From an uncultured Planctomycetaceae bacterium (GTDB taxonomy: Bacteria > Planctomycetota > Planctomycetia > Isosphaerales > Isosphaeraceae): a DNA stretch of 64,000 nt. Positions 50,953 to 61,805 of the stretch are shown in pieces. The DNA lies in the NCBI GenBank assembly GCA_963833985.1, contig CAWIAD010000002.1:3232001-3296000 (forward strand), given 5' to 3'. The position numbers and the translations under genes were made by a program. The notes beneath the pieces were generated by a model, which saw nothing but the letters and a program-made list of their open reading frames with translations, was not told where the DNA came from and made no database searches. The stretch's first letter is position 1, and each line of letters starts with the position of its first letter.

Positions 50953-52757
50953 TCAAGGTACCACATCAACGGCTGTTGTGAACACCTGCCGCACACCGGT
51001 GCGGCCGTCGATCCAGAGGGCCTGGAAAATACCGCTGGCGGCGGCCGCCAGGCCCGCGGTATGGCCCGGTCCGGTTCGCCAGTAACCTGCCTCCTCCTCC
51101 GGCTGGGCATACTTCTGTTTCACCGCGGCCGTCCAGAGCGTGCTCGGAACGCTGATCGCGACGCTGGGCAGCCAGGTGCTTCCCCCATCGCACGAGGCGC
51201 GAAAGCGGATGGCGTACCCGGCCTGCTTCACGGGCAGGCCGCGGGTGTCATACCAGGAGACACCGACCACCCCGTTCCTGTTCACGGCGATGGCCGGCAG
51301 GTAGGACGCGTGCGTGACCGTGCCGGCCTGCGCGACCTGCCGGCGCCCGAGCTGCTCGGAGAGGATCACGGGCGGTTTCCACGTGGCTCCGGCGTCGCTG
51401 GAACGGGAGAAGAGGACGGGTGAGCCGGTCTCGGGCTCGTCGGATTTCCAGATGACGAAGAGATCGTCCGCATACGGGCAACCGCGCGGCGCCGCGGCGA
51501 TCGACGGCGGTAATGAGGCGATGGGTCCCTCGAAGACCACACGCTCGGGACCGAACGTCGCACCGCCGTCCCGCGAGATGCGCACGGCCAGGTAGGCGGG
51601 CGGGCGTTTCGAGCCGGCCGCGCCGGGATCAGGTCCGCTGCGAACGCCGTTGTAAAGCGCGGCCACCCGGCCGTCCGAGAGCACCACGGCGTTGCCGCAG
51701 CCGACCGGCCCGTAGCCCGGCTGCCGTTCCAGCTTGACGGCCGGGCCGAAGGTCTTGCCCGAGTCCACGGACGTGAAGACCCCGTCCGCGGCATTGCAGT
51801 AGAGACGGCCCCTGTACTTGCCACTGGTGCCGTCGACGGCCAGGAACGGCCGGTCGCACCAGCCGAGAATGCGCGCGGGACGGCCCCAGGTCTCGCCGCC
51901 ATCACGCGAGGAAACAACTTCCACGGCACCCTGCGAGCTGCCCAGCTCTGGACCTCGCAGGTAAGCGACGTGAAGCTGTCCATCGGGTCCGTAGACCGCG
52001 GTCGGGTCGGCGAAGACCTCGTCTCGGGCACCCAGGCACTCGAGCGCAAGCCGCCAGGTCTGGCCGCCATCCGAGGAGGTCGAGAAGACGACCTTGGGAA
52101 CGCCATAGTTGATGGGCGGCGGATTGCAGATCGAGCCCGCGACCAGCCGGCGCGTTCGGCCGGGTCGGCCGCAAGTATGACTTCCCAGTGCGGCACGCTG
52201 CTGCGCTCGCGGCTGACCTGGACATTGGGCGAGCAGGTGTAGGAACCGGGCCTGAACGCAGGCAGCGAAGGACGGTCATAGACGGGCGTGGCCGCGAACT
52301 CGTCCTCCGTTTTCGGTGGAGGTTTCCGTGCCGCCTTCGGCCCGCTCACGTAGGCGCGGCCCTCGGGCGTGCGCTGCGCAACGATGTGCCGGTCCGGCCC
52401 CAGGCGAAAGTAGGTGATCTCGCGCTTGCCGCCCTCGAGCGAGTAAGTGTATTCCTTGCCGTCCCGGGTGAAGGAGAGAGGAATCCGGAACGCCTCGCCC
52501 ACGGGTTTCCCCTCGGGCGAGAGCCGGTGCGCCACGAAATCATCGCCCTCCAGCCGCCAGGAAAACCGGCTGCCATCCGGGTTCTCGCCGGTTCCATCCG
52601 GGCGATAGACGGTGCGGCTGCCCTCCTTGTTCTGCCAGACGCCGACGAGGGAGTGCGCCGGCGCTGGCGTAACCGCCTGAACTTCCGCCTGCGCGGAGGC
52701 GGTGCCGCACGCCGCCAGCAGGACCACGAGCAGAGGCGTGACCCCGGGATGAGCCAT
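50953..52757 (-). CDS. Secreted BNR/Asp-box (sialidase-like) beta-propeller protein; frameshift near 52155
   Basis: Asp-boxes SSDGGQTW, SRDGGETW, SVDSGKTF, SRDGGATF, SSDAGATW, SCDGGSTW. The signal peptide and N-terminal domain are in the frame starting at 52757. Confidence 0.8.
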
Positions 52758-52799
52758 GACGGCACCCTCTTCACGGGCGGGGAGCGGCGGTTTCTTGGC

Positions 52800-54035
52800 T
52801 CACGCTCTCATCCGGCGGTCGGCGCACTGCACCAGCTCCACGACGGGCAGGCCGTGGGGGCACGCTTCGGCGGCGGCCGAGAGGTTGGCCTCCGCCAGGT
52901 TGCGGGCGACCGGCGGCAAGGCCTGGTAGAGCGCCCGGGCTTCCTGGCGCTTGCCGTAGACCTCGTAATAACGCAGATAGCGCAGGACGGTGGCGACGGG
53001 TACGCCTCGCGCGGCGGTCTCGCAGAGATGGCCGCAGCCGTGGCAGTAAAGGTGGGCCGAGGCGAGGCGGTAATCCTCGAGCAGCTTCTGCTCGCGCCAG
53101 GAAAGGGCCGGCGAGCCGGTCGCGGCCACGTTCTCGCGAAGGTCGCTGCGGGTGGTCATCTCGCTCACGGCGACGTGAACCCGCCCGTCCATCCACACGG
53201 TTTTCACGGCGGCCACTTCCTTCTTGAAGCCCTTCTCCTGGAGCTGCTTCATCTTGTCCGGGAAGTTGATGGCGCCGCCCTGGGTCTTCATGGCGATGAG
53301 GCCAAGGTTTGCCTTGGTGGCCTTGTCGATGGCGCGTTGCAGGTCGTCGTGCCGGTCCCGGCCGCCGATATCGCGGAAATTGAACTTGAACATCACCTGG
53401 TCAATCCAGCCGCATTCGGCCGCGGCTTCCAGGATCTCGGGAAGGCGCGCATCGTGGCAGCTCAGGCCGCAGAAGACGGTCTTGCCCTTCTTCTTGAGGT
53501 TCTCGAAGGCGTCCTTCACGATGGGGTCGTGGAGCATGGCGATCTGGTCGCCGGCCAGGCCGTGCAGGTAATAGCAGTCCACATGATCTGTCTTGAGGCG
53601 TTCCAGGCTGGCCGTGAGCCGCTCCTCGAACATCTTGGCCGCCCCGGTGCCCATGCTGCGGCGGTACTTGGTGTTCTTGGTGACGAGGTAGACGTCCTTG
53701 CGCAGCTTCGTCCGGTCCAGTACCTCGCCGAGGATCTTCTCGGCCCGGGTGTTCTCGTAGACCTCCGACGTGTCGATGTAGCGAACGCCCGAATAAATGG
53801 CGGCCTGCACGAAGCTGGGCGACAGCGCCCAGCTTGTGCCCATGCCCAGGATCGTGACCTTCCGTCCGGTGCGGCCAAGCGTGACCGTCGGCACGCCGGG
53901 CTGGCTGGGAACCGGCTCCCCGGCGCCCTCGGCTGGCACGGAGGCCAGGGCTCCCGCCACGCCTCCGGCGGCCGCGGATTTCAGGAAGTGCCGTCGCGAG
54001 GATCCGCTGCAAACCCTTTCGGTCAGCTCGCTCAT
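52800..54035 (-). CDS. Aldo/keto reductase with a Tat-like leader and a C-terminal Fe-S-type Cys motif
   Basis: 'SRRHFLK', 'LGRTG', 'YIDTSEVY', 'SLERLKTDHVDCYYLH', 'AMKT', 'CHGCGHLC...ACPHGL'. Confidence 0.9.
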   Translation of the reverse strand: MSELTERVCSGSSRRHFLKSAAAGGVAGALASVPAEGAGEPVPSQPGVPTVTLGRTGRKVTILGMGTSWALSPSFVQAAIYSGVRYIDTSEVYENTRAEKILGEVLDRTKLRKDVYLVTKNTKYRRSMGTGAAKMFEERLTASLERLKTDHVDCYYLHGLAGDQIAMLHDPIVKDAFENLKKKGKTVFCGLSCHDARLPEILEAAAECGWIDQVMFKFNFRDIGGRDRHDDLQRAIDKATKANLGLIAMKTQGGAINFPDKMKQLQEKGFKKEVAAVKTVWMDGRVHVAVSEMTTRSDLRENVAATGSPALSWREQKLLEDYRLASAHLYCHGCGHLCETAARGVPVATVLRYLRYYEVYGKRQEARALYQALPPVARNLAEANLSAAAEACPHGLPVVELVQCADRRMRA

Positions 54036-54146
54036 GGTCGGTGGTCCTGGTTGGTCGCTTGATACTTGCCGCAACACGCACGGGTCAGGGGCGCGGCGGA
54101 GAGGGCCTGCGCTATGCTCAGTATTGTGGCTGGCCGCGCAGGCTGC

Positions 54147-54190
54147 GGTCAACCATGATCTTGCGCAAGGTCAACCGTGATCTTGCGCAA
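54147..54190. repeat. 22-bp tandem direct repeat containing the palindrome TTGCGCAA
   Basis: GGTCAACCATGATCTTGCGCAA followed by GGTCAACCGTGATCTTGCGCAA (one mismatch). Confidence 0.8.
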
Positions 54191-54194
54191 GGAG

Positions 54195-54230
54195 GAGGGC
54201 CGGCGCCTCAGTGGAGAGGCGCCGGCCCTC
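54195..54230. terminator. Perfect 15-bp GC-rich hairpin, putative terminator of the TolC gene
   Basis: GAGGGCCGGCGCCTC-AGTGGA-GAGGCGCCGGCCCTC downstream of the minus-strand TolC gene; no clear U-tract. Confidence 0.5.
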
Positions 54231-54294
54231 GGCATGACGACAGACGGCGGGAGGAGGGATTGTGGTCGCCCGGCGGCATTGCCGGGATCGGAAG

Positions 54295-56828
54295 TTACCT
54301 GGGCAGCGGAGGCAGGCCGATCTCCGCGGGCAGTTCGGGCAAGTCCTCCGGGGGCGCGGCGCGCCGGCGCCCGCGGCTGGAGCCGCGGAGGGAGGCGGTT
54401 GCGGCGCAGCGGGTGCGGAGGCCGGCAGTGGCGGAAGCGCCGCGCTGTTCCCCACGGGAACACTCGCCGACCCTGCTCCAGGCCCTGTGCCCGGTCCGAG
54501 GATCGCCGGAGTCACGAAGGGAGTATTGCCGCTCATGGGTGCGGAGGGCCCGGCGGCGGGCGTGGTGGAACCGTCGACCCGGGGCCGGGCACTTCCGGCC
54601 AGGCCCGCCGGCAGTTCGCCGGCGGCCGGTGCTGTGCCCGCCGGGCCGCCTCCGGGCGACGGCCGGGCCGGGTTCTGCGAGAGGATCTGGGCCTCGCCGG
54701 CCGGACGGTACGGCGGCAGGGGCGTGGGCGGCGGGCCAAGCGGGCCGACCGGGGCCGGCATCGGCGGGATGATCTCGCGCTTCACGTCCGGCGGCGGATT
54801 GGCCGGCACGGGGTCGGGATTGAGCGGGCCGGTCACTCGCTCTTTATACTTCGTACCGTTGGGCGGAATCGGCAGCCTGCGGTGGGCGTCCTGGATGTCC
54901 TTCGCCTGCACATAGGCCTTCCGCGGGTGCGGCCCCTCGGCGACCGCGATATTGTTGTAGGCCAGCAGCGTTCCCTTGGCTTCCTCCAGGGCAACGATGG
55001 AGATGTTGTACGTGGTCTTGAACTGGGCTTCCTGGGCCACGGCCTGGGCATACTGGCTGACGGCGTCCAGGAAGCGGTCGATGGTGATCCGGCCTTCCTC
55101 GTAGTAGGCGCGCTGGGCTTCCAGCCGCTGGGCGGCCGCGGCACGAAGTCGCGAGGCTGTCTTGAACTGTTTGTAGTTGGCATCCACTTCCAGGAAGAAC
55201 CGGGCCAGCGAGTGCGTCGTCTGGTGGACGATCTGCTGGAGGTAAGCCCGCTGCCGCAAGAGCACGTACTGGGCGCTGCGGACGTTCGCCAGGGGAGACC
55301 TCATGCCCAGCGGCATCTGGAACGAAAAGCCTACCTGCCAGGTGTGAAAGTCGTTGTAGTAGCCGGGATTGGACGTCAGGCCCGCGGCACGCTCCTTGGC
55401 CGCGACCACCGGCTCGAGGGCCTTGATCGTCGCCCCGGTCATCACCGCCTCGGCACTGTCAAGCTGTTGCCCCAGGCCGTTGAGCTGGTAGAGCACGCTC
55501 AGGTTCAACTGCGGCAGCAACTGGTTCCGGGCCACCAGGAGCTGGAGCTCGGCAATCCGCACGAGCAACTGTTCCTGCACGATGTCCGGCTGGAACGTCA
55601 CCATCTGGGCCAGGCTCGATTCCCAGTCTGGCTCCAGTCGGGCCTCGACCGGCGGCGTGACGGGGATGATGCGACGGTTGTCGGCAGGCGGTAAACCCAG
55701 AATGTTCCGGAGCTGGCGTTCGGTCGTGATCACGTCCGAGGTCTTCGTCACCAGGTCGAGGTTGAACTGCTCCAGCCGCTGCTGAGCCTCGGCGACGTCG
55801 GCCACGGTTCCCTTGCCCACGACCAGCTCGGCCTGCTCGCGATTGACGATCTCGCGGGCCAGCTCCACGGCCTTCTCCGAGCTCCAGAGCTGCACGTGCT
55901 GCTGGGCCAGGCTCCAGTATTGCTGCTCGATTGACCGCACATGGGCGAGCACGCCGGCCTTGAACCGCCAGATGGCGGCGTCGGCGTTCAACCGGGCAAT
56001 GACGATCGGCGCCCGGTTGGCTTCCAGACCCACGGGAGGGCCAGCCGCCTGGCCGGGCAGCGGAGCGCTACCCATGAGGGGCTGCGTCAAGCTCATCTGG
56101 ATGTTCGTGGTGTAAGCCGACGGGTACGTAAGGAACGTGCTGTTCTGGTACAGCCAGTTCACGTTGTGCACGATGCCCAGCAAGGCACCGGTCGCGGTTC
56201 GCTTCTGCAAGCCGATCTGGAAGTTCGCCGTATCCTGAACGGAGAGCACCACCGTCCTGGGGCCGGTCAGCGTGAGCGAACCGCCCTGGATGGCGTTGTT
56301 GAACGGCTGCGTGTTCTTGCCCCACGTCATGTTCGTGGTGAACGCGGTATCGAAGACCGAGAGCGCCTGTGCGATCTGGGTCTCCTGGACGGCCGGGTCA
56401 TAGACCGATTCCAGCGAGCCGGAACCAAGGGCACCGGCCACACCGGCACCGGCACCCGTATTCAGAGGCGAAGGCTCGAACCCGCCGATCGGGATGCCCT
56501 GGGCACCGAACGGAATGACGCGGACGATTTCCGAGTTATCCAGGCCGATCCGGATGGCCTCTTGCAAGGTCATCGGCCAGACCTCCTCGGCCTCCGGGTC
56601 GTTGGTGGTCCGCGGCTTGTGCACCTTGGGCATCTGCATCGTCAGCCCGCTGCTCAGGAAGTCGGCCTGCTTGACCTCCTTGTCTTCCAGAGCCGTGGCG
56701 GCCATCGGGTCGTGAGGCACACTCTTGGACTGGTCGATGTAGGGAAGCCGCTGGCAACCGGAGGAAAACGCCCAGGCCGCCAGGACGGCCACCTGAGTCC
56801 ACCGGTTCGTGCATAAGGTCAATCGCAT
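54295..56828 (-). CDS. TolC-family outer-membrane lipoprotein with a Pro-rich tail; probable frameshift near 54350
   Basis: Lipobox-like 'FSSGC'; 'MTLQEAIRIGLDNS', 'ARNQLLPQLNL', 'YYEEGRITIDRFLDA'. An alternative frame gives the plausible end 'EDLPELPAEIGLPPLPR*' at 54295, whereas the ORF track ends at 54171. Confidence 0.85.
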
Positions 56829-57348
56829 GGCCCGCCGTCCTTGACTAAGTTCGCCATGTGACGCGTCAATCAAGCCGTGGGAACGCGCCGCGCCATCCTT
56901 GGCCTGGCTCTTGCCAACCACCGGCCCGCATTCCGGAGTGCCTCAGCCGCATCCCGGACAGTCAGACCGCGACTCTTCCCGATCAACCGCGTGACCCGGG
57001 GTCAGGCCAGAAAGACATGCCAGGCCCGTACCCCCCCACGCCGTCCAGAATCCGTGAACAAACAAACATGACAACGAGGCCGATCTCCGGAAGCGAAGAG
57101 TGCGGAGACCTGGCCTATCGGACTGTATCGGATCTGCCGGGCGCGGGACTTGAATCGATGGGGGGGATCTTACGGATTATTACGATTTGTCCTAGACCAA
57201 ATTCACCGTTCCGCCACCGGAGATGCAGGCGGACGGCACGCCGGTCGAGCGCCGCGGGGCAGCCCTCCACAAGGGGACAGACCCGGCGGCCGCGTTCCTG
57301 TCGGTTCGCAATCCGCACGCAAGCGGCCGGCTTCCACCGGCATTGCCG

Positions 57349-57681
57349 TCAGGCGGCCTCTGCCGGTTCGCGAACCGGCTTGCGGCCCGGCGCGAACTCG
57401 ACATAGGGTAAGCCCAGCTTGCGTTTGAAATAGATGATCTCCCCCGGGTCGGTCCCTTCCAGGGCATGGCCCGCGAACTGTAGCAGGTAGCCCCCGATGA
57501 ACAGGGCCAGGGCGAGTACGAAGACCAGCCGCGAGAACAGGCCGACGTACACGGAGAACAGCAGCACGCCGAGGATCGTGGGCGGGATGCCGATCATGTG
57601 GAGCAGGAAGCTGGCCGGGTTGCGATGCCGTTCAATCCAGTGCTGCACCAGCGGATTGGGGACCTGCGGAGAGTAGACCAT
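57349..57681 (-). CDS. DUF962/Mpo1-like membrane protein
   Basis: 'ERHRNP..FLLHMIGIP', 'GGYLLQFAGHALEG'. Confidence 0.8.
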   Translation of the reverse strand: MVYSPQVPNPLVQHWIERHRNPASFLLHMIGIPPTILGVLLFSVYVGLFSRLVFVLALALFIGGYLLQFAGHALEGTDPGEIIYFKRKLGLPYVEFAPGRKPVREPAEAA

Positions 57682-57873
57682 GAGCCAATGCCCTGTCGGT
57701 GGGTGGGTCCGTGTCGCGCTTGACGGCGGGTGGAGCGAGAACTACCCTTGCCCGCACGATTTCAATCTAGCAGCCCTTCCGCGAATCGCAAGGCGGTGGG
57801 GCACGCGGAGTCGCGGAGATGGGGCTGGTTGGGCGGCCCGGCCGGTCTGTGCCTCGAGCGATTGGAGTGATCC

Positions 57874-58957
57874 ATGCCCGTGGACGCCCAGAGCTTCCTG
57901 CGGCTCATCCGTGGTCCGTCACGCGGACCGGCGGACCGCCTGGCGCGGTTCGGCCTGAGCCTGTGCGCCGGCCTTTACGGCGCCGGTGCAGCGGTCCGCA
58001 ACCGGGCCTATGACCGGAGCTGGAAGCCGTCGCACCGGGCGGGAGTGCCGGTGATCTCGGTGGGCAACATCACGCTCGGTGGAACCGGCAAGACGCCGAT
58101 GGTCGAGTGGATCGGCCGCTGGTATCGCCGGCACGGCGTGCGCGTCGTCCTCATCAGCCGTGGATACGGCCACGCCGGCGGCATCAACGACGAGGGCCTG
58201 GTGCTCGAGGAGAACCTGCCGGACGTCCCCCACCTTCAGGCGCCCGACCGCGTCCAGCTCGCCGCGATCGCGCGGGAGGAGCTCGAGGCCGAGCTGATCA
58301 TCCTGGACGACGGCTTTCAGCACCGCCGGCTGGCGCGCGACCTGGACATCGTGATGCTCGACGCCCTCGACCCGTTCGGGCTCGGCAAACTCTTTCCCCG
58401 CGGACTCTTGCGTGAGCCCGTCGGCTCGCTGCGCCGGGCCTCCGCGGTGGTCCTTGCGCGCGCGGACCTGCTCGAGCCCGCGGCACGAGAGCCGATCCGT
58501 GAGGCGGTCCACCGCGCGGCGCCGCGTGTCCCCTTCCTCACGGCGCGGCATTCGCCCCTGGACCTCGTCGACGGCGACGGCGGAACGTACCCCCTGGACG
58601 AGCTGGCCGGCAAGAGTCTCGCCGCCTTCTGCGGCATCGGCAACCCCGAAGGATTTCGCCGCACCCTGGAGCCGCTGTGCGGGCGGATCGTGGACCTGAA
58701 GGTTTTCCCCGACCACCATCCCTATCTCGCCCCGGACGTTCACGCCCTCGCCGGCTGGGCCAGCCAGTCCGGGGCGGATCTCGCCTTGACCACTCAGAAA
58801 GATTTGGTGAAGCTTCGCACCACGACCCTCGGTCGTGTTCCCCTGCGCCCTGCGCATCGGGCTGGAGATCATGGAAGGTCTGCAAGCCCTGGAACGGCTG
58901 CTTGAAGCGCTCTTGCCGGTTCAGCACGCCGTTCCACCGCAGCAGTCAAAGGATTGA
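57874..58957 (+). CDS. lpxK: Tetraacyldisaccharide 4'-kinase; frameshift near 58845
   Basis: 'VISVGNITLGGTGKTP', 'SRGYG', 'ILDDGFQH', 'PRGLLREP', 'FPDHH', 'TTQKD.VK'; a natural-looking C-terminus lies in the shifted frame ending at 58957. Confidence 0.9.
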
Positions 58958-58978
58958 CCCCGGAACCACGTCGCGGCG

Positions 58979-60142
58979 ATGAAGATCGCGGTTTTCTGCC
59001 CCAACCTGATCGGCGATACCGTCATGGCAACGCCGCTCTTCCGCGCACTGCGGAACCGGTTTCCGGACGCCCAGCTCACCGCGGTGATCCGGCCGCACGT
59101 CGCCCCGGTGCTCGACGGCACACAGTGGTTCGACGACACCATCCTGTTCCACCACCGCTCAAAACGCCGGGACGAGCGCACCTGGGCAGTCATCGGGCGG
59201 CTGCGGCGGATGACTCCCGATGCCGCCGTCCTGCTGCCGAACTCCTTCCGAGCGGCCTGGCTGGCCTGGCTGGCCGGGATCCCCAGGCGCATCGGCTACG
59301 TGCGCTACGCCCGCGGAATGCTGCTCACCGACCGGCTGCAACCGCTGCGCGACGCATCCGGCCGGCTGCTCCCCACGCCCATCGTCGAGTATTACCTGGC
59401 GCTGGCGAAAGTGCTGGGATGCCGGGGCGGCTCGCCACGGCTCGAGCTCGCCACCACGCCTGACGACGAGCAAGCCGCCGACCGTGCCTGGCAAGCGCTG
59501 GGCTTACCGGCGGGTGAGCGCGTGGTTTGCCTGAACACCGGCGGTGCGTTCGGGCCGGCCAAGAACTGGCCTGCGGCCTCGTTCGCGGAGCTGGCACGCC
59601 GGCTCACGGTCGAGACCGGCGTCTCCGTGCTGGTGCTCTGTGGTCCCGCCGAACGGTCCGCGGCCGCCGAGATCACGCGGCTGGCGAATCACCCCCGGGT
59701 GGTCAGCCTGGCCGAGCAGCCGTCCAGCCTGGGACTCTCCAAGGCCTGCGTGCGCCGGGCGGCTCTCCTGGTCACCACGGATTCCGGCCCCCGGCATTTC
59801 GCCGCGGCCTTCGATACGCCCGTGATCACCCTGTTCGGCCCCACGCACATGGCCTGGACGCGCACCGCACACCCGCTGGCACTCCACCTGGCCCACCCGC
59901 TGCCGTGCGGTCCCTGTCAGCGGCCCGTCTGTCCCGAGGGCCACCACAACTGCATGAAACGGCTCACGGCCGACGCGGTGTTCCGCGCGGCCCTGCGGTT
60001 CCTGGAACCCGCGCCGCGGCACCCGGTCACCCGGCGCGTCGACCGCGTCTCGACCGAATCCCTACCGTCCGGAGCACTTGCTTCGCGACCACACGTTTCT
60101 CACGGGCAGGAGGCAACGACCAGGCCATGGCCAGATGGTTGA
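58979..60142 (+). CDS. waaF: Lipopolysaccharide heptosyltransferase II (GT9)
   Basis: 'PNLIGDTVMATP', 'LLPNSFRAA', 'GGAFGPAKNWP', 'TTDSGPRHFAAAF..P.ITLFGPT', 'CGPCQRPVCPEGHHNCM'. Confidence 0.88.
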   Translation: MKIAVFCPNLIGDTVMATPLFRALRNRFPDAQLTAVIRPHVAPVLDGTQWFDDTILFHHRSKRRDERTWAVIGRLRRMTPDAAVLLPNSFRAAWLAWLAGIPRRIGYVRYARGMLLTDRLQPLRDASGRLLPTPIVEYYLALAKVLGCRGGSPRLELATTPDDEQAADRAWQALGLPAGERVVCLNTGGAFGPAKNWPAASFAELARRLTVETGVSVLVLCGPAERSAAAEITRLANHPRVVSLAEQPSSLGLSKACVRRAALLVTTDSGPRHFAAAFDTPVITLFGPTHMAWTRTAHPLALHLAHPLPCGPCQRPVCPEGHHNCMKRLTADAVFRAALRFLEPAPRHPVTRRVDRVSTESLPSGALASRPHVSHGQEATTRPWPDG

Positions 60143-61103
60143 TCACCGGCGCGACGGGTTTCGTGGGCTGTCACGTGCTGGGCACACTCCAGCACGAGCT
60201 CGCGCAGGCGGGCCGAAGTGGCGATGCTGTGCTGGTGCTCGGCCGGCGCTGTCCTCGAGACTGGCCGGAAGCGTGTTTCGTGCATGCCGACCTGGAGGAC
60301 GCCGAGAGCCTGCGCACGGCAATTGACCGCGTTGCGCCGGATCATGTCATCCACACGGCGGGACAGACGCCTCCCGCGCCGGATGAGCACCTCTACCGGG
60401 CCAACTTCTGGTCCACGATCCGCTTGCTGAACGCGCTGCGCGATCTGAACCGGCCCGTCCGCGTGACGCTCACCGGATCGGCCGCGGAGCTGGGCCCGGT
60501 GCCGCTGGCCGATCTGCCGGTGGCCGAGGATTATCCCTGCGCGCCCTGGACGCCTATGGCCGCAGCAAGCAGCTCTCCACGATTGCCGGCCTGGCCGAGC
60601 GTTCGCCGCTGGAGGTGTCCGTCGCCCGGGTGTTCAACCCGATCGGCCCTGGCATGCCCGCAACCCAGGCCTTCGGCGAGTTCGCGGTGCAGTTGCGGGC
60701 TGGCTCGTTCGATCCCTTGCCGCTGATCGTCGGCGATCTGGAAACCCGGCGCGACTTCATCGACGTCCGCGACGTCGCCCGCGCCCTGATCGCGATCTCG
60801 CTGCGCGGCAAGCCCGGCCTGGTCTACCACGTGGGCACGGGCCAGTCACGGTCGGTCGGCGAGGGTCTGGAGCACCTCATCCAGATGAGCGGCCGCCTGG
60901 TGCGGACCTGCATCGACCCCAGCCGGCATCATCGCAAGAGCCCCGTGGACTCCCGCGCCGACATCAAACGCATCGCCACCCACACCGGCTGGACGCCCGC
61001 GATCCCGTTCGAACAGAGCCTGGCGGATCTGTGGGAGGAGCTGGTCCCGGCCGGCCACGGAGCCCCCGAAAGGACTGCTTCGCTCCTGCCCCTGACCGCG
61101 TAG
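60127..61103 (+). CDS. NAD-dependent epimerase/dehydratase (nucleotide-sugar SDR); frameshift near 60545
   Basis: 'LITGATGFVG', 'GSAAELG'; the shifted frame has 'YGRSK', 'RVFNPIGPG', 'RRDFIDVRDVARA'. Confidence 0.85.
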
Positions 61104-61139
61104 GTAAATCTCGGATCCGGGTGAGGCCGGGTCCCTGCG

Positions 61140-61756
61140 GTCACTTTTGGCCGTGCGCACCAACCGCAGGATATGCCGTCTCCAGGAGCGGCTGAGTGCG
61201 GCCCGCGCGACCATGACGGCGCCGGCCGCAGCCGCTAAAACCACCGCCACTTCAAGCCATGACCACCGAGCCGCGGGCACCAGTGCCCGACCGGTCCAGC
61301 TTCTCAAGCGGGGAAGGCGGTCATAGTCTGTGATCTGCGGAGCGTGGGGGGGTCCAGGACCTGGACCATGGTACCAGTCGTGCCGACGGGGCGGAGCACT
61401 GCGAAGTGCCCGCCGGCGTTGTCCATAAGGTACACGATGGCGGGCCTTCCGCGCAGCGACCCGCGGGTTTCAAGGCGGACCCCGCGCAGCCGCACGCCGA
61501 ACGATCGAGCGGCCTCGGACAGCTCGGCCATCGAGCGGCCTTGAGGATGTTGGGCGGGCAGCACAGCCTCGAGCCGAGCCAGCGATACGGGCCTGCCCTG
61601 GAGCTGAAGCAGTATGAACAGCGAGTTCACTCCGCAGTCGAGGCCCGAACGCCCATTCTCCTGACCCGCGGGTGCGAAGCCGACGGAGAAGACGGCTGCC
61701 GCCAATGCCAGGATCGTCGCGCGGCCAGCCGAGGATGACGTCCAGGGGTGCACCAT
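61140..61756 (-). CDS. Stand-alone exported C39-like cysteine peptidase with a probable C-terminal TM helix; frameshift near 61345, 3' end uncertain
   Basis: Signal-like N-terminus; 'DCGVNSL', 'GRSMAELSEAARSFG', 'GGHFAVL', 'VQVLDPP'; the shifted frame continues 'WTGRALV...WLEVAVVLAAAAGAVMVA'. Confidence 0.75.
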
Positions 61757-61805
61757 TGCCGCGACCTTCGCTAGTTTGTCCGGGGTGAGTCACGTGCGAT
61801 TCGGG

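Noticed and set aside
50558..50956. 209-aa extended DUF433 ORF with 'PEGPS' repeats
   Set aside because: The domain begins near 50557 after a purine-rich RBS-like tract; the extension reads through an intergenic minisatellite.
56829..57348. About 520-bp intergenic region as a possible ncRNA or riboswitch
   Set aside because: No recognisable conserved RNA motif by eye; an Rfam/Infernal search would be needed.
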